Shown one piece after another: positions 60,801 through 64,000 of a stretch of 64,000 nucleotides of DNA. The position numbers and the translations under genes were made by a program. Below the pieces are notes generated by a model, which was not told the DNA's origin, searched no databases, and was given only the letters and a program-made list of their open reading frames with translations. The DNA comes from Blepharisma stoltei ATCC 30299 (Eukaryota > Protista > Ciliophora): the NCBI GenBank assembly GCA_965603825.1, contig CBFDEM010000004.1, positions 248,001-312,000 of the forward strand, read 5' to 3'. Positions within the stretch are counted from its first letter, which is position 1, and every line of letters begins with the position of its first letter.

Positions 60801-63800
60801 TTAACGCTGATTACAAAGTAATGAACAATTCGAGCTCAGGGCAATATTATGTATTTTATTTAGAGCCCAGACAAATTGCACTGGTGACTATGGATTTAAG
60901 GCATATAAGCCTTGCTGACAAATACTTCAGCTACTCAAATGATTGAGCGATAAGCTTCACAATTTCATCCACAGATTCTAATCTAACTGATATCGATCCT
61001 GTAGACATGCCTTTGACTTTCCAGAATACGAATACTGATGTCACCTCTGTGCTTGAGTTCACCGTTATGGCCTGAGAACCAATTTATATAAGGATTAATA
61101 TTCTTGTCTACAATGGGCTGTTTCATTCATATACGTCAATGTTTGTAAATAGCACAAGTATCGAAGTATTTTCACCCAGCAGAGCAAAATATGGTAAGAA
61201 ATCGGATTTTGTTATTTCGGTCAGCAGCTCAATTGCGCTTCCTTATAATATTCCTCATATAAAAAGCGACAATAGCATGCCTGACTACCTACTCACTTTT
61301 GCCCAGAGTCCTAAAAGAGCTGAATTATATGTCCAGCCAACAAAATCTGGCGTAAATTGGTACACTCCTAATACTTTATATTGAAGCTATATAGGAAGCA
61401 CCTTAGTAACTCCTTATTTTCCTTATTTTTCTAACTGTAAAGGCTATGGGCAGTACATACCAATTTGAGCAGCTTTCGAGTTAAGTAAAAATTGTAGCCT
61501 TGTGAGCCCAAATGAAACTTCAGTGGTAGGAATGTTTGATTTTGGGAAATCGCCTGTAGCTGACTCATGCTTAGATGTCGAAATTGAATGCATTTATGAC
61601 GAAGTCTATCAAAATCCTCAAGCAAACTCAAGATGGTTCGAACTATCCGCAGAAGAAGTATTTTTTTCAATTTCTGCAGATGCTTTGTCAGATAGTGATT
61701 TTTCTGAGTCAAAGTGGCCAAACTCCTTTATAGAAATCAAAACTGTCAATGCAGTACCATCAGGCTATCTCCCTCAAACTGTGGAACTTGAAATCTTATA
61801 TCAGCAAATTGATACAAAAACTAAAGTGATTATCACTGGAACAGTTGCATTCAAAGATCTCATTAAGTTGACAGCTGACCAAATAGCAGGGACCGATCAA
61901 GTAGGTTACACTCTTGTAATAAACTACAGAGCACTTACTCATACTGAGTTGATGAATCTGTTTGTCTTTGACGTCACTTTTTATTTATACTTGTATCTGA
62001 TAATAGGATCTGTCTCGGTTTTTATGGGAGCATGCTTATTTTTATATCACAAAGTTTTCACAGATGTAAAGCCAAAGCCCAAGTTCAGATTTTTTAGCTT
62101 TTTATCTATGATGATTCCTTCTTCTGTGATAGGTTTATTCTATGCAGTAATACCGCTAGTTCTTGCTCTTTCTTTGATTTCAATATTGCAGATGGGAATC
62201 TTCTTCAGCTTCAAAATAGGGATCACAGGAAATGATTATAAAGGCGAATTTGGGCTGTTTGACACAATTCAGCCAAGCTTTTATTTCAATAATAAACAAG
62301 ATGTATACACAACCAGGCAAGCAAGGTGCGGAGTTACTTTTATTATATGTGGGGTTTATTTGTTAACAAAATGTGCGCAGCTCTATATTCCTGATGAAAA
62401 TAAAGATAACGATGATATACCTGAAGATTTATGGGGAAATTTTTGGGATTTTATAAAATGAAAACGGTTTCATTATATCTTCTGGGCGTTCGTCGAAGTC
62501 ACAATTTGTGTTGTTTTATTTCAGTTTTCAACATCAGCTACTTTTTCAAACAATATTTGGACAGTTATTGCTCTAATTATCTTGTTCGGAAAAATCTTTG
62601 AAGAAGCAGGGGCTAAAATTTTCAAAGATAATTTAACAGCAGGTCCATTTGCACAATCCTTAGGTATTATGGGACAAATTATTACTTTCGGAGCTGAGAA
62701 CTTTGTCGCATTTCTTCAAGCATACTTTGTTGATTGCATCTGCAACATCTTTACAAGGGTTTATTTTGACTTTGTTTTCGAATTTGTACAAGATCACATT
62801 GAAGATGCCCAGAAAAAAGTAAAGTACGTTGTAAGCAACGTTTCTGATCTTAAATCGTTAGGAACTTCTCAGAAATCAGCGTCTTCGAAAGAGAAGACAG
62901 ATATTCAGCATGGCTCAGAAATTAAAGAAGAAGCTGAAGAATATGACGAAGAACTAGAGCAGCAAGTATTTGAAGAATATGAGCCTTCTTCTCTTACTGG
63001 CTCACTCGGCACCTCTTACTACACTTATGAAAATATCATGCCTACTCCAAAGGAAGTTTCTGAACTCCCTATTGAGCTTCCTCCAGAGCAGGAAGTTGAG
63101 CCGATTCTTGAGGCTTACCAAAACTACGCCAATGACTCTTTCATCAACCTCTACAATATGGTCTTTATTACCATAATCTGAAACTTCTACGACGCAACTC
63201 AAATTGCTGCTAACTATGGAATCTCCACTTCTTCTTTTCCACTGTACTTTTATTTTGCGCTTATGATTCTCCCTTTCCAAATCATCATTGACGTGCTCAT
63301 GCACAATGCCAATGAGTGTTTCAATGGATGGGCAATTCATGACTTTCTCGACTATATGAACACTCGATTCAAGAACAGAAAACAAGTTTGAGCGCTATTA
63401 GACCCTCAAAATGACAGCGCAATTGAAAAGGAAAACCAAAGGCTTTATAGGCTATGCTTTAGTTCTCAATTCTTCTTCATGTGTGCATTGTTTGACACAG
63501 GCATGATTCTGTCAGCAATTGGGATTAATACAATCCTGATTTATAATAGTTATAATCCATTTGACGATAAAGCATTGATTCTTATTATTTTATTTGCTTG
63601 GTCGATTTGCTATTTTACAGAATGAATATGCATGAAATTAGGGAAATATTTTAGAGTGTGGCATATACAAAATGATGAAAATGAAAATGGCAATGATGAA
63701 AAGGATAACAAAGCAGAAGAAACTGCTGAAGGCGGTATGGAAAATTTGATGGATATGTTTCAGCAGTTGCATCCAAAAGAAAATAGGAATAAAATAGTTC

Positions 63801-64000
63801 CTGAGTAAGATTTATTTAGAATTCAAAACTGAAACCAAGTTGACATTGTAAAAGCTGATGATGAGCTGATAAGGAGAGAACTGAACAGTGAAAAAGTTAC
63901 AGATGAAGAAGTAAGAGAAAAATTCTTGAAATACAATCATCTTTGGCTTCAGGATAATTTAGAAGGATTCCTCTCTGAAGATGACCTAATATATCACAGA
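54848..64000 (+). CDS. Giant surface protein: signal peptide, IPT/TIG repeats, Cys-rich (GCC2/GCC3, ephrin-receptor-like) repeats, multipass TM region; >3040 aa, runs off the window
   Basis: A single frame from ATG 54848 through about 19 TGA codons and introns 58054-58068 and 63805-63819. GP..GGT.VTI.G..F...C.FG repeats, CP.G.YC repeats, hydrophobic helices from about 61950. Confidence 0.88.
58054..58068 (+). other. 15-nt spliceosomal intron
   Basis: gtaaattttatgtag contains an in-frame TAA; removal gives GANFFDGVYCKFG, the IPT consensus. Confidence 0.9.
63805..63819 (+). other. 15-nt spliceosomal intron
   Basis: gtaagatttatttag contains an in-frame TAA; the frame stays open to the window end. 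Confidence 0.85.

Noticed and set aside
1108-64000. Many short same-frame ORFs read as separate genes or nonsense-riddled pseudogenes
   Set aside because: Breaks are almost all TGA at Trp-compatible sites or stop-containing 15-nt introns; the joined products are full-length with intact motifs.
1-64000. Mycoplasma-like bacterium or mitochondrion (also UGA=Trp)
   Set aside because: Rab7, kinesin, Myb, SAE1, NOL10 and spliceosomal introns are eukaryotic nuclear features.
1-64000. Stentor, Tetrahymena/Paramecium, Euplotes or Condylostoma as source
   Set aside because: Stentor uses the standard code; UAR=Gln codes are excluded because TAA/TAG occur only as stops or in introns; conserved sites indicate Trp, not Cys. 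The exact species cannot be fixed without a search.
1-64000. Telomeric C4A2 repeats, IESs, transposases, CRISPR arrays, tRNA/rRNA
   Set aside because: None recognised by eye; uninterrupted genes fit IES-free macronuclear DNA. Small ncRNAs in AT-rich gaps (39000-39492, 53797-54320) cannot be excluded without tRNAscan-SE/Infernal.

Overview
This is eukaryotic, not bacterial, DNA: an AT-rich, very gene-dense stretch that reads like the macronuclear genome of a heterotrich ciliate, best matching Blepharisma. Two signatures explain nearly all the fragmentation in the supplied ORF track. (1) In-frame TGA sits at conserved Trp positions (Myb repeats, HDAC, KIF12-type kinesin, TMEM222), while the true stops are TAA/TAG, so UGA = Trp. 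(2) Ten tiny GT-AG introns (nine 15 nt, one 16 nt) all carry an A six bases from the 3' end. Re-read this way, the window holds about 41 protein-coding genes, often only 8-50 bp apart. They include PS synthase, MYCBP, a kinesin, a SIN1-like protein, R2R3-Myb, glutathione synthetase, an SMS-like transferase, a class II HDAC, NOL10, COQ10, Rpp21-like, TMEM222, Rab7, CEP57-like, NAC-beta, SAE1, CCDC180, PP2C and an aquaporin. The most unusual loci are a 7TM-receptor/PIP-kinase fusion with degenerate catalytic motifs, a >3000-aa IPT/TIG + Cys-repeat + multipass membrane protein, and a ~2076-aa uncharacterised protein converging on a degenerate membrane-anchored penicillin-acylase homolog. No rRNA, tRNA, CRISPR, transposase or telomeric repeat was recognised. 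All family calls come from manual motif recognition, not database searches.
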